Positions 49,005 to 58,573 are shown, numbered from the stretch's first letter. The stretch: DNA of 64,000 bases from Treponemataceae bacterium (GCA_963677895.2 CAXXGJ010000002.1:64001-128000), one strand, 5' to 3'. Program-made: numbers and translations. The notes: generated from the letters alone by a model not told the origin.

Positions 49005-50084
49005 TTACAGTGCTGGTTCCACGATGGTATTGGCATCCATCGTGACCGCGGTCTGCGTAAGCAGTCTGCCGTTCACGGTTGCTCCCGCAGCCAGGGTTAT
49101 CGCGCCCGCCGACATGACTACGCCTTCCATATGGGAAGTCGCGGCGAGGGCGACGGCGCCGCCCACCTGCCAGAAAATGTTCTTGGGAAGCGCTCCGCCG
49201 GTCAGGAGGACCTGAGCCGTCGCGGCTTCGGTGAGCCCGCTGGCGATCTGGAATATCCAGACATCGTCGGCGCCGCCGTTGAGGGTGACGTTGGTCGTGA
49301 TCGACACTCCGGTTCCCCATTTATAGAGGCCGGGCGCGAGGGTCATGCCGCCGATTTCTCCGGCTCCCAGCTCCGAGGAATTGGGATCGAGCCGGCCGGC
49401 CGCGTCATCAAAGGCAGCCTGCATCGCAAGCACCGCCGCGGTCAGGTTCGTAGGCGTAGGCTCCGCGTAGTTCGCCGCATAGACATTCCCCGTCACCAAG
49501 GTCGAAGTGGCGAAGGTGTTCGACACATCCATCGTCAAGCCGAATCCAGTCATGGCCGCCGCATCGATGGGGCTCACGGCGATGTCGCCGGTGATCGAGG
49601 TCACTCCGGTGGTCGTTATTCCCGTCTTGGACAGGATCGCGTAATTCCCGGAGGTTCCGAGATTCACCGCCGCGGGACCGGCGGGAGGATTGGCCGTGGT
49701 CGTGAAGGTCCATACCTTATCGGCCGCAAGCGCATTGCCAGCCGCATCGGTGGCGCCTGTCGTGATCGTGGCCGTATAGACAGCGCTGGCCGCGAGATCG
49801 TTGGTGGGGTTAAAGGTCGCCACCTTGTCGGCATAGCTGACCACGCCGTCGATCGCGGTGACGCCCTGCATCAGGGTGAAGTTCGCCGCCACGATGGTCG
49901 CAACATCCATGTCTTCGCTGAAGGTGGCGGTGACATTGCTGTTCCGCTCTACCGCGACCGCGGCGTCAGCCGGAACTGTGGAATTGACAGTAGGAGCCGT
50001 GAGGTCCTCTTCAACCACGGGATTGCTGCAGCCGCTCAGTGAAAGGGCTACCATAAGCAGTCCCAGAAACAACATCTTCTTCAT
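49005..50084 (-). CDS. DUF3494 ice-binding-family lipoprotein with one Ig-like domain
   Basis: LSGC-SNPV; same Ig and DUF3494 motifs; alternative start at 50120. Confidence 0.9.
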   Translation of the reverse strand: MKKMLFLGLLMVALSLSGCSNPVVEEDLTAPTVNSTVPADAAVAVERNSNVTATFSEDMDVATIVAANFTLMQGVTAIDGVVSYADKVATFNPTNDLAASAVYTATITTGATDAAGNALAADKVWTFTTTANPPAGPAAVNLGTSGNYAILSKTGITTTGVTSITGDIAVSPIDAAAMTGFGLTMDVSNTFATSTLVTGNVYAANYAEPTPTNLTAAVLAMQAAFDDAAGRLDPNSSELGAGEIGGMTLAPGLYKWGTGVSITTNVTLNGGADDVWIFQIASGLTEAATAQVLLTGGALPKNIFWQVGGAVALAATSHMEGVVMSAGAITLAAGATVNGRLLTQTAVTMDANTIVEPAL

Positions 50085-50147
50085 AATCGATATCTCCTTG
50101 TTCTTCATTCTCTTGTTCATGTTCAAAAATCCTCCTTCTTATCTGCA

Positions 50148-50251
50148 AGAATACGTATGGAATCCGAATTGGTCTGTTCGGTAGCACACACAGTCCGGCG
50201 CCGTCTGTGTGTGCTGGCGCACAGACGAGGTTGCTCCGCGAGAATCATATT
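50148..50251. promoter_or_regulatory. Back-to-back CRP/FNR-like sites 2 and 3 with divergent -10 boxes
   Basis: Minus: TGTGTGCTACCGAACA (50190-50175), 21 nt, TATTCT. Plus: TGTGTGCTGGCGCACA (50208-50223), 22 nt, CATATT. Confidence 0.7.
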
Positions 50252-50316
50252 TATGGGCAGATGGGGAGGATCGCTTCTATATGAATCATATGTCCAAGAG
50301 AAAAAGGAGAAAAACA

Positions 50317-51714
50317 ATGAAGAAGATTTTAGTCTCGATGCTCGTGCTGGTCGCGTTTTTCGCGGTCAGCTGCAAAAGTCCGGTGGCTGAGGACGTTGTC
50401 GCGCCCACGGTTGATCTGACGAGTCCAGCCGATCTCGCCACCAATATAGCGATAACGGCGGACGTGACGGCGACCTTCAGCGAAGCGATGGATTCCGCGA
50501 CCGTCGTCGCGGCGAACTTTACGGTAAGCCAGGGAGCGACGCCAGTCGCGGGCACGGTGAGCTTTGCCGATGATGTCGCCACCTTCAATCCGACCAGCGA
50601 TTTCGCGGCGGGAACCGAGTACACGGCAACGGTCTCGACCGGTGTCATGGATCTGGCAGGCAACGCGCTGGCCTCCGCCAAAGTATGGACCTTTACGACA
50701 GCGGCGTTGGTCGACATCATCGCTCCCGTAGTGAGTTCGATCAGTCCCGCGGCCCTTGCCGTCGATGTGGCCACAACATCGAATGTCACCGCTACCTTCA
50801 GCGAAGCCATGACTTCCGGAACGATCATCGCCGCGAACTTCACGTTGACGCAGGCGGCTACGCCCATTCCCGGCGCGGTCAGCTATCTGGGCAACGTCGC
50901 CACGTTCAATCCTGACAGCAATCTAGCCTTCAACACGATCTACACCGCAACCGTGAAGACGGACGTCACCGACCTGGTAGGCAACCATCTCGCGGTCAAC
51001 AAGGTATGGACCTTCACGACCGTAGCCGCCCCAGCGGCGGGCCCCGCGGCCGTAGACCTTGGAACGGCGGGCAATTACGTAATCCTGGCGAAAACCGCCA
51101 TCAGCACCGTTCCAACCTCAGCGGTAACGGGCAATATTGGGCTGAGCCCGGCCGCCGCGAGCTTCATCACGGGATTCTCACTCGTAGCGGACGCCACGAA
51201 TGTGTTCGCGACAGCGAGTCAGCTTACCGGAAGGGCTTATGCCGCCGATTATGCTTCTCCCACCCCCACGAACCTGACCACCGCCGTGAGCAATATGGAA
51301 GCGGCGTATACCGATGCCGCGGGGCGACCGACGCCGGACTTCCTGAATCATGGAGCCGGAGAGATAGGCGGCTTGACCCTCGCGCCCGGACTCTATAAGT
51401 GGACCACGAATCTCTTGATCACCACCAACGTCACGCTGAACGGCGGCGCCAACGATGTCTGGATCTTCCAGATATCGGGCGGCATCACCCAGGCTTCCGG
51501 CGCGAGCGTCAATCTGACCGGCGGCGCTTTAGCCAAGAATATCTTCTGGCAAGCGTCGGATGATGTCGCGCTTGGCACGACCGCCCATATGGAAGGCATC
51601 GTGCTTTGCGCCACGGCCATCCACCTCGGCACCGGCGCTTCCGCCAATGGCAGGCTGCTGGCCCAGACCGCCGTCACGATAGACGGCAGCGCGGTAGTCG
51701 AACCCGTACTGTAG
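50317..51714 (+). CDS. DUF3494 ice-binding-family lipoprotein with two Ig-like domains
   Basis: AVSC-KSPV; two VTATFSEAM...WTFTT repeats; DUF3494 motifs. Confidence 0.9.
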   Translation: MKKILVSMLVLVAFFAVSCKSPVAEDVVAPTVDLTSPADLATNIAITADVTATFSEAMDSATVVAANFTVSQGATPVAGTVSFADDVATFNPTSDFAAGTEYTATVSTGVMDLAGNALASAKVWTFTTAALVDIIAPVVSSISPAALAVDVATTSNVTATFSEAMTSGTIIAANFTLTQAATPIPGAVSYLGNVATFNPDSNLAFNTIYTATVKTDVTDLVGNHLAVNKVWTFTTVAAPAAGPAAVDLGTAGNYVILAKTAISTVPTSAVTGNIGLSPAAASFITGFSLVADATNVFATASQLTGRAYAADYASPTPTNLTTAVSNMEAAYTDAAGRPTPDFLNHGAGEIGGLTLAPGLYKWTTNLLITTNVTLNGGANDVWIFQISGGITQASGASVNLTGGALAKNIFWQASDDVALGTTAHMEGIVLCATAIHLGTGASANGRLLAQTAVTIDGSAVVEPVL

Positions 51715-51758
51715 ACGAATCGATAGATCCGCCCGCAATGCGAGGCTAATGTAAAAAA

Positions 51759-51798
51759 GAAGGGGCTGCCCGGGAAGAACTTCCCGGGCAGCCCCTTC
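51759..51798. terminator. Terminator hairpin between convergent IBP and catalase genes
   Basis: GAAGGGGCTGCCCGGGAAG-AA-CTTCCCGGGCAGCCCCTTC preceded by A-tract. Confidence 0.8.
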
Positions 51799-51850
51799 AA
51801 TTATTTCTACTGATCAACCTGCCGCATCGACCCGATGATCGGATTCTTGC

Positions 51851-53356
51851 CTACCGGCTGGTTGCCCCGACACGTTCTTCCTGAGACATGGCCGCGAGCC
51901 TCTTCACTTCGGCGCGGTCCAGCTTCAGTCCTTGGGCGACGCGTTCCCCGTACTCGACATCCACCTTATAGAACAGGGCCGTCTGGCGCAGCTGAATGCG
52001 CGTTTGCGCCTTGCCCAGATGGGATACGATATTGCTGACGAGATGGTCGCGGTCCGTGTCGGACATGACCTTCCTATACAGATCGCCTGCCTGGACAAAG
52101 TCCACGTCCCCGCTTTCGTAGACATGCCGCGTCGCCGTCCCTGAAACCGTAAGGGGCGGCGCGGAGAATGACGGATCGGGCGCGGGACCGCCGACGCTGT
52201 TGGGCCAGTAGTTGGGACTCCCGCCGCCGTTCGGGCCCGACCGCATGGGGCCGTCGCGCTGATAGCCGCTATCCATGGAAGCCTTAGGCGCATTGATAGG
52301 CAGAAGATTGAAGTTCGGGCCCAGCCTGTGCCTCTGCGTATCGGGATAGCTGAACAGGCGTCCCTGCAGAAGCCTATCCGGCGACGCCCCGATTCCCGGC
52401 ACGAAATTGCCTGGCGCGAAGGCGATCTGCTCCACTTCGGCGAAATAATTGGACGGATTGCGGTTGAGCACCATGCGTCCAAGGGGAAGGAGCGGATAAT
52501 CCGCGTGCGGCCAGACTTTGGTTATATCGAAAGGATCGAATCGATAGGTTTCGGCTTCCGCCGGCGTCATGATCTGCACGGACACTCGCCACGCGGGATA
52601 CTCGCCGCGCTGTATGCTGTCGAAGAGATCCCTCGTCGCGTGGTCGGGATCGACGCCGGCGAGACGAGCGGCTTCTTCCCGAACGAGATTCTTGATCCCC
52701 TGTTCCGTCACGAAATGCGTCTTGACCCAGCAGTAACCGCCCTTTTCGTCGTACCACATGAAGGTGTGGCTGCTGAAGCCGTGCATGTGACGGTAATCGA
52801 GAGGGATGCCGCGGTCGGAGAAAAGAATCGTCACTTGATGAATGGACTCCGGAGTAAGCGAGAGAAAATCCCAGAACATATCGGGGTCTTTCAGGTTGGT
52901 CGCGGGATTGCGTTTTTGGGTATGGATGAAATCCGGGAATTTTATCGCGTCGCGGATGAAGAACACCGGCGTATTATTGCCCACCAGATCGTAGTTGCCT
53001 TCCTCAGTATAGAATTTGACGGCGAAACCGCGGGGATCGCGGTCCGCGTCGGCGGAACCCTTTTCGCCGCCCACCTGCGAGAATCGCGCGAAGATTTCCG
53101 TGCGCTTTCCCGGGCTGGAAAGAAATTTTGCGCGCGTATACTTCGTCATGTCATGGGTAACCTCGAAGTATCCGCCCGCTCCGGCGCCTTTCGCGTGCAC
53201 AACCCTTTCGGGCACGCGTTCCCTGTCGAAGTGCGCCAGTTTTTCCAGGAGGTGGGTATCCTGGATGAGCGTGGGGCCATCAGCTCCCGCCGTCATCGAG
53301 TTCAGGTCATTCTCGACAGGTCTCCCCGTATTCGTCGTCAATATATTTTTTTTCAT
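51851..53356 (-). CDS. katA: Monofunctional small-subunit heme catalase
   Basis: [45 protein letters not shown]. Confidence 0.95.
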   Translation of the reverse strand: MKKNILTTNTGRPVENDLNSMTAGADGPTLIQDTHLLEKLAHFDRERVPERVVHAKGAGAGGYFEVTHDMTKYTRAKFLSSPGKRTEIFARFSQVGGEKGSADADRDPRGFAVKFYTEEGNYDLVGNNTPVFFIRDAIKFPDFIHTQKRNPATNLKDPDMFWDFLSLTPESIHQVTILFSDRGIPLDYRHMHGFSSHTFMWYDEKGGYCWVKTHFVTEQGIKNLVREEAARLAGVDPDHATRDLFDSIQRGEYPAWRVSVQIMTPAEAETYRFDPFDITKVWPHADYPLLPLGRMVLNRNPSNYFAEVEQIAFAPGNFVPGIGASPDRLLQGRLFSYPDTQRHRLGPNFNLLPINAPKASMDSGYQRDGPMRSGPNGGGSPNYWPNSVGGPAPDPSFSAPPLTVSGTATRHVYESGDVDFVQAGDLYRKVMSDTDRDHLVSNIVSHLGKAQTRIQLRQTALFYKVDVEYGERVAQGLKLDRAEVKRLAAMSQEERVGATSR

Positions 53357-53403
53357 GATTTTCTCTCTCCCGCCCATATGCCGCGATTTTCGATCGACAG
53401 GAA

Positions 53404-53850
53404 TTACTTTCCCGAAGTCAAAGAGCGGTAGATCAGCTGCATCAGCTCTTCGAAAAGGTGGAAGTATCCGGTATTGTCTTTCTTGTAGGCAGTAACTGTA
53501 TCGTTGATGCCCGATCCCATTTTTTCCATCACGTCGCTGGCCAGGGTCAAGCTGCCTTTTGCCGTGTTGGCGACATGCTCGACTTCCTGGATGATCGCGG
53601 GAAATGAAACCTTCAGCTGAGAGGTCGTGTCCTTGAGATCGCCGCTTATCTGCTCGAGATCCCCGATTATGGCGGGCACTCTTCTGAAGGAATGCTTTAT
53701 GGAATCTTTATTGATCTCCACAAGCGGACTGATGATTCCCACCATTTTTTTTATGTTCAGGAGTATGGGGACGAGAATGGCGCCGATCAGGATTCCCATC
53801 ATGCAGACCAGGAAAATCATCAGATCAGGCAACGTGAATTGTATTGTCAT
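53404..53850 (-). CDS. DUF948/YoxC-like membrane-anchored coiled-coil protein
   Basis: N-terminal TM helix followed by amphipathic coiled coil; next to YtxH gene. Confidence 0.55.
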   Translation of the reverse strand: MTIQFTLPDLMIFLVCMMGILIGAILVPILLNIKKMVGIISPLVEINKDSIKHSFRRVPAIIGDLEQISGDLKDTTSQLKVSFPAIIQEVEHVANTAKGSLTLASDVMEKMGSGINDTVTAYKKDNTGYFHLFEELMQLIYRSLTSGK

Positions 53851-53865
53851 GGTTTTTGCCCCGCT

Positions 53866-54195
53866 CTACGCTGAAGCCGTTCCGCTTCTCTTTTTCCTGG
53901 CCGCCGGCTTCGGCTGCAAGGTGCTTTTCAGTTCCTGAGCCGCGTGGGCCGTTGTTTCCTTTACGATTTCCGCCTTGCGCCTGAGTTTTTCCCTGATGGT
54001 CTCCAGGGTTTCTTCCGCTTTCTTTTTCAGCTCCTCCCTGGTTTCTTTCCCCGATTTCGGCGCGTAGAGAATTCCTTTCAGCAGTCCGATAGTGGCGGCT
54101 ATGCCCATTCCCAGCGCGAAATTTATGGAAGCCTTTCTTCGGTCCTCGTCCCTTTTTTTCCTGTTTACCATATCCAGCATATTATTGAAAAACAT
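53866..54195 (-). CDS. YtxH-domain general stress protein
   Basis: FALGMGI..GILYAPKSGKETREELK; GGAGG RBS. Confidence 0.8.
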   Translation of the reverse strand: MFFNNMLDMVNRKKRDEDRRKASINFALGMGIAATIGLLKGILYAPKSGKETREELKKKAEETLETIREKLRRKAEIVKETTAHAAQELKSTLQPKPAARKKRSGTASA

Positions 54196-54298
54196 ACAAA
54201 TTCCTCCGCAGAAAATTCTGCTGATCTCGAGACGCCCTGCCGGTCGCATTGGACCGGCTAAGCTCTACTCGGTCGAAATAATATCGGCGATCGCGCGG

Positions 54299-54475
54299 TT
54301 ACATGATCTTTTTGATTTCTGCCTTGGCGTCGCCGAGTCCAGCCTGAACGGCCCCTTTGATTTTTTTGGCCTTTCCCTTTTTCTCCATTTTTTTATCGCC
54401 GACGACAATGCCTATCGCCTGCTTGACCTTGCCTTTCACTTCGTCGATGCGTCCCTTGATTTGATCATTATTCAT
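54299..54475 (-). CDS. csbD: CsbD family stress protein (58 aa, below ORF-track cutoff)
   Basis: MNNDQIKGRIDEVKGKVKQAIGIVVGDKKMEKKGKAKKIKGAVQAGLGDAKAEIKKIM; GAGGAG RBS. Confidence 0.85.
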   Translation of the reverse strand: MNNDQIKGRIDEVKGKVKQAIGIVVGDKKMEKKGKAKKIKGAVQAGLGDAKAEIKKIM

Positions 54476-54547
54476 TCTTGTCTCCTCTCGTGAAATCTTT
54501 TGGAAATGGTCCCATTTATCAACGTTCCCATTCTCTTGCCTGATCCA

Positions 54548-54665
54548 AAGATACTTTCAAGGCCTAGCCGGGTCTGTGCGGCAGCACACATAGGGCAGGG
54601 CAAAGGCGGGCCGGACAGTCTATGTGTGCTGCCGCACAGACCGGTTCGAGCCTGGAACGTATGCT
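54548..54665. promoter_or_regulatory. Back-to-back CRP/FNR-like sites 4 and 5 (23-bp perfect inverted repeat) with divergent -10 boxes
   Basis: TGTGTGCTGCCGCACA on both strands (54590-54575; 54623-54638), each 21 nt from TATCTT / TATGCT. Confidence 0.75.
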
Positions 54666-54726
54666 TTTACGTATATGGAGGACTGCGCTTCCAAAATTCC
54701 GGAAAATCAAAAGAGGAGATAATCGT

Positions 54727-55806
54727 ATGAAGAAAATGGCCTTATTGGCTCTAGTATCTATTATCCTAATTGTGGCGGGCTGCAATAGCCCCGTTGTCGG
54801 AGGCGATGCCACCGCTCCCACGGTCGATGCCACCTCTCCCGCCGCCGCGGCAACCTCCGTCGGCAGAAATATCGGCGTGACGGCGACCTTCAGCGAAGAG
54901 ATGGACGCCGCGACGATCGGCGACGCGACCTTTACCCTTTCTATGGGGGGGAATCAGGTCGCCGGCGCCGTAACCTACGCGAACATGGTGGCGACCTTCG
55001 ATCCAACCGCCGATTTATCGGCTAATGCCGTGTATACCGCCACGATCACGACAGGCGCCAAGGATGTGTCGGGCAACGCTCTCGCGGAAAACCGCGAATG
55101 GGTTTTCACCACGGGCGGCACGTCGGCTTCCGGTCCCGTGACGGTGAACCTGCGGACCGCCGGCGATTTCGCGATCCTGACCAAGGCCGGCATCGGTACG
55201 ATTCCGACCTCGGTGGTGACGGGCGACATTGGCGTGAGTCCGATAGACTCGACGGCCATCACGGGATTCTCGCTGGTGATGGACGGCTCGAATACTTTCG
55301 CCACATCCAGCCAGGTCGTCGGGAAGGCTTACGCGGCCAATTATGTTCCGCCTACCCCCACGAAAATGACCACCGCCGTCAGCGACATGGAAACAGCCTA
55401 CACCGACGCGGCCGGCAGGGCCACGCCCGATTTCATCGAACTGGGCAGCGGAGAGATCGGCGGACTCACGCTGGTGCCGGGCCTCTATAAATGGGGCACC
55501 GATGTGCTGATATCCAACGATGTAACGCTCAACGGCGGACCGACCGATGTCTGGATATTCCAGATATCCGGCGGAATAACGCAAGCCTCCGGCAAAAGCG
55601 TAAACCTGACGGGCGGCGCCTTGCCCCAGAACATATTCTGGCAGACCTTCGGTCCCGTCGCCCTCGATACCACCGCGCATTTCGAAGGAGTCGTGATGTC
55701 GTACACGGAAATAACCCTGGCCACTGGCGCGTCCGTGAATGGCAGGCTCCTGTCGCAGACTGCCGTCACGATAGATTCCGGCACCGTTACGCAGCCTTCG
55801 CCGTAA
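54727..55806 (+). CDS. DUF3494 ice-binding-family lipoprotein with one Ig-like domain
   Basis: IVAGC-NSPV; Ig repeat; DUF3494 motifs. Confidence 0.9.
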   Translation: MKKMALLALVSIILIVAGCNSPVVGGDATAPTVDATSPAAAATSVGRNIGVTATFSEEMDAATIGDATFTLSMGGNQVAGAVTYANMVATFDPTADLSANAVYTATITTGAKDVSGNALAENREWVFTTGGTSASGPVTVNLRTAGDFAILTKAGIGTIPTSVVTGDIGVSPIDSTAITGFSLVMDGSNTFATSSQVVGKAYAANYVPPTPTKMTTAVSDMETAYTDAAGRATPDFIELGSGEIGGLTLVPGLYKWGTDVLISNDVTLNGGPTDVWIFQISGGITQASGKSVNLTGGALPQNIFWQTFGPVALDTTAHFEGVVMSYTEITLATGASVNGRLLSQTAVTIDSGTVTQPSP

Positions 55807-55814
55807 GTCGGGAT

Positions 55815-55847
55815 GAAGGGCCGGCCCGACCGGGCGGCCCTTCATTT
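55815..55847 (+). terminator. Terminator-like hairpin
   Basis: GAAGGGCCG-GCCCGACCGGG-CGGCCCTTC-ATTT. Confidence 0.6.
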
Positions 55848-55883
55848 GCCGCATAAGATTTTGGAACCGAAAGGAGGAGCATT

Positions 55884-56078
55884 GTGAATACATTGAACGC
55901 AAAAAGCGCTACATATGGATTGAACGTCGAGTTCGGAAATAAAGCGAGATATATCGGCGTCGCGGACATGTTTTTTGAAGAGAGAAAAGTCGAAGAGTTG
56001 CTGAATAGAGTAGAGAAGCGAATAGGAAGGTCGAAGGAAGACGTTGTCGGATACATCGATACGATGGCAACCAGATGA
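55884..56078 (+). CDS. Small hypothetical protein
   Basis: AAAGGAGG RBS before GTG; ATGA overlap with next gene. Confidence 0.55.
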   Translation: MNTLNAKSATYGLNVEFGNKARYIGVADMFFEERKVEELLNRVEKRIGRSKEDVVGYIDTMATR

Positions 56079-56530
56079 TCAATGTCGTTGGTATTAAGAA
56101 TCGCATAACTTTTCATAAATACACCGAAGCGGCGAAAGCCATCAAGTCCGAACTCGCCCAAAAATTTCCCGGCGTCTCCTTTTCGATCAAATCGAAATCG
56201 TTCGCGAGCGGAGACAATGTAACGATAGATTGGACGGGAGGCCCGACAAGCGATGCCGTCGAATCGATAGTGATCAAATACCGGTACGGAACCTTCGACG
56301 TGTCGAAAAATCTCTATCTCTACGACAGTCGCGACGATGCCCTCCCGCAGGCGCAGTATGTGATGGTTTCCCACCATCACAGCGATTCCTCGAAAAAAAA
56401 GGCCAAGCAGGAAATCGCCGATGGTTTCAATGTGGACATGAATGACAGCCAGGCGGTGTTCGCCGCCTTCGGCGACTGGCCGCAGCCTTTGATCCGCGCG
56501 AAGCTTGAGCATCGCAGCCCGTTCAATTAA
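56075..56530 (+). CDS. LPD29 (large polyvalent protein-associated domain 29) protein
   Basis: AAKAIKSELAQKFPGVSFSIKS...IDWTGGPT..VESIV.KY.YGTFD pattern recognised. Confidence 0.7.
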   Translation: MINVVGIKNRITFHKYTEAAKAIKSELAQKFPGVSFSIKSKSFASGDNVTIDWTGGPTSDAVESIVIKYRYGTFDVSKNLYLYDSRDDALPQAQYVMVSHHHSDSSKKKAKQEIADGFNVDMNDSQAVFAAFGDWPQPLIRAKLEHRSPFN

Positions 56531-56664
56531 GCCGAATGCAATAAACAGAATCCCGACTTTGTTTTTACCGCTCCTCTCAGTATTTTAGGCATACTTCACC
56601 TGCGCGGCATGGTGGCGTATGTTCTATGTGAAGGATGAATCCAAAACCTGAGAAGGAGTTTTTA

Positions 56665-57465
56665 ATGGAACTTGGACTCAAGAATAAAATACTCTTCGCT
56701 TCGGCTTCGACCGATGGCTTGGGGCTGGGCATAGCGGAAAGCGCGCTCGCCGAGGGCGCTTTCGTGTTTTTGGGCGGCAGATCGCAAGAGAGGCTCGACG
56801 CGGCGCTGAAACGCCTGGACGCGGTGGGGGCGGCATCGGGCGGGCGGTCCGCCGGCGCCGTCCTGGACATGTCTTCGGCCGGCTCCATCGAAGCCTGGGT
56901 CGCGGCGGGAATGGCCGCGATGGGGGAGCCGGACGCGCTGCTGGTGAACGCCGGCGGACCGCCCCCCGGAGACTTCGAAACGCTGGCGGGCGATGAGCCC
57001 TGGCAGGCGGCCTTCAACCTCACCCTCATGTCTTCCGTGCGGCTCATCCGCGCCGTCCTACCCTCCCTCAAGGCGAAGGGCGGTTCGATTCTCACGATAA
57101 CGTCGAGTTCGGTGAAGGAGCCGTGGCCGGGGCTGATTCTTTCGGGCGTCATGCGCTCGGGAGTCGCCAGCCTCGTCAAATCGCTGTCGATCGAGCTCGC
57201 GCCTTACGGCATCCGCGTCAACAACATAGCGCCGGGCAACATCATGACGGGCCGCCTCGAAAGGCTCATCGCCGCCGAAGCCAAGGGCGCCGGAATCTCC
57301 AGCGACGAGCGGCGAGCCCAGCGGCAAGCCAATATCCCCATGGGTCGCATCGGGGAAGTGGAAGAGTTTGGCAGGGCGGGGGCCTTCCTTCTGTCGCCGG
57401 CGGCTTCTTATCTGAACGGCCAGACCTTGGTCGTGGACGGGGGCGCTTCCAAGTTCCTATATTGA
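56665..57465 (+). CDS. SDR family oxidoreductase
   Basis: MELGLKNK, ASTDGLG, VNAGGPPPG, GIRVNNIAPG, VDGG. Confidence 0.9.
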   Translation: MELGLKNKILFASASTDGLGLGIAESALAEGAFVFLGGRSQERLDAALKRLDAVGAASGGRSAGAVLDMSSAGSIEAWVAAGMAAMGEPDALLVNAGGPPPGDFETLAGDEPWQAAFNLTLMSSVRLIRAVLPSLKAKGGSILTITSSSVKEPWPGLILSGVMRSGVASLVKSLSIELAPYGIRVNNIAPGNIMTGRLERLIAAEAKGAGISSDERRAQRQANIPMGRIGEVEEFGRAGAFLLSPAASYLNGQTLVVDGGASKFLY

Positions 57466-57515
57466 GACGACAGGCGGCGCGGGACGCGCTTCGCGTTCAG
57501 GCCGCCTGCCCGCCT

Positions 57516-58442
57516 TTACTTGATTTTCGAGTTCCCCGACGGGCGGACGGGGCGGGCTTCTATGTACCCGCGCCAGCCCTGCGGCGCCAGCTGGAAACGC
57601 GGCGCCGAATCGGGCGCCCAGGCGAAACCGTAGAGAGCGGGATCGAAGCTGTCGATTTTCTTCATCACCGCGACGACGGCTTCCTCGAAATCCTCGTCAT
57701 CGTAGGGCTCTCCCTGGAATATCATCATCATCGCCGGCCCGAACTCGGCGAGTTCGTATCCTTCCGGAACAGGCCCGCTCCAATCCAGGGGCAGCTCGAC
57801 GCCCTGCACGTACTCAGAGGTGCCGGTCGGGCGGAGTTTTGCGGGCAGCCAGAGGCCGACCGGCTCATAGAGCGCTTCCTTGACGCTTGATAGGACGCCC
57901 CAGACGTCGCAGCCAACTTCCTCGCAGTAGGCGAAGTACTCGTTCGCCGTCTTGGCCCGCTTGATGAGGACCTTGCGGGCCGGTCTTTCAATCACCTGCA
58001 CGAAAATAGTCTTGCTCGTGCCTTCTTTCATGTCGTTTTCTCCTTTTTCATGCTTTTGGCGCAATGGAAGAGGATAGGGAAGAAACAGCTTCACGGGGCG
58101 GGGCTGTTTGCGGTACTTCGCCGGGGTTACGCCGAATTCTTTCGAAAAAGAGCGCGTAAATCCCTCGTGCGAGTCGAACATGAAGTCCAAAGCCACGTCG
58201 AGAACCCTCGAGGGCTTGTCCCGCAATACCAGAGCCGCCTGTGAAAGCCTCAATCTGCGGATGTATTCGAAGGGCGGCTGACCGGTCAGCTCCCTGAACA
58301 TCCGCTGCGCGTGCCACGCGGAATATCCCGCCGCACGCGCCAGATCATGGACCGAGATTTTGTCGCGCACATTCGCGAGAATATAATCCTGCATTTGGCG
58401 TACTGCGCGGATCATGTCCTCTCGCGTGTGTTCCCGTTCCAT
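57516..58442 (-). CDS. AraC family transcriptional regulator with C-terminal effector domain
   Basis: LARAAGYS, YIRRLRL, FDSHEGFTRSFSKEFGVTP; AAAGGAGG RBS. Confidence 0.9.
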   Translation of the reverse strand: MEREHTREDMIRAVRQMQDYILANVRDKISVHDLARAAGYSAWHAQRMFRELTGQPPFEYIRRLRLSQAALVLRDKPSRVLDVALDFMFDSHEGFTRSFSKEFGVTPAKYRKQPRPVKLFLPYPLPLRQKHEKGENDMKEGTSKTIFVQVIERPARKVLIKRAKTANEYFAYCEEVGCDVWGVLSSVKEALYEPVGLWLPAKLRPTGTSEYVQGVELPLDWSGPVPEGYELAEFGPAMMMIFQGEPYDDEDFEEAVVAVMKKIDSFDPALYGFAWAPDSAPRFQLAPQGWRGYIEARPVRPSGNSKIK

Positions 58443-58526
58443 GATCGCCTCCTTTAGCGCCATGCGATGGAGTGTCGCAGATTCCTGGTTCCCGTTCTTG
58501 ACCTGCACTGCGAAATTGAAAAGATT

Positions 58527-58562
58527 CGCCGCCGCGCCGCCGCGCCGCCGCGCCGCCGCGCC
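58527..58562. repeat. Tandem 8-mer (CGCCGCCG) x4.5
   Basis: Direct reading of intergenic sequence. Confidence 0.85.
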
Positions 58563-58573
58563 AAGGTTTGCTT

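Noticed and set aside
52328..53431. 367-aa plus-strand ORF
   Set aside because: Antisense shadow of catalase
50171..54642. TGTG..CACA repeats as CRISPR repeats, IS ends or invertible-segment ends
   Set aside because: No regular spacers, cas, transposase or recombinase; fixed distance to -10 boxes fits transcription-factor sites better
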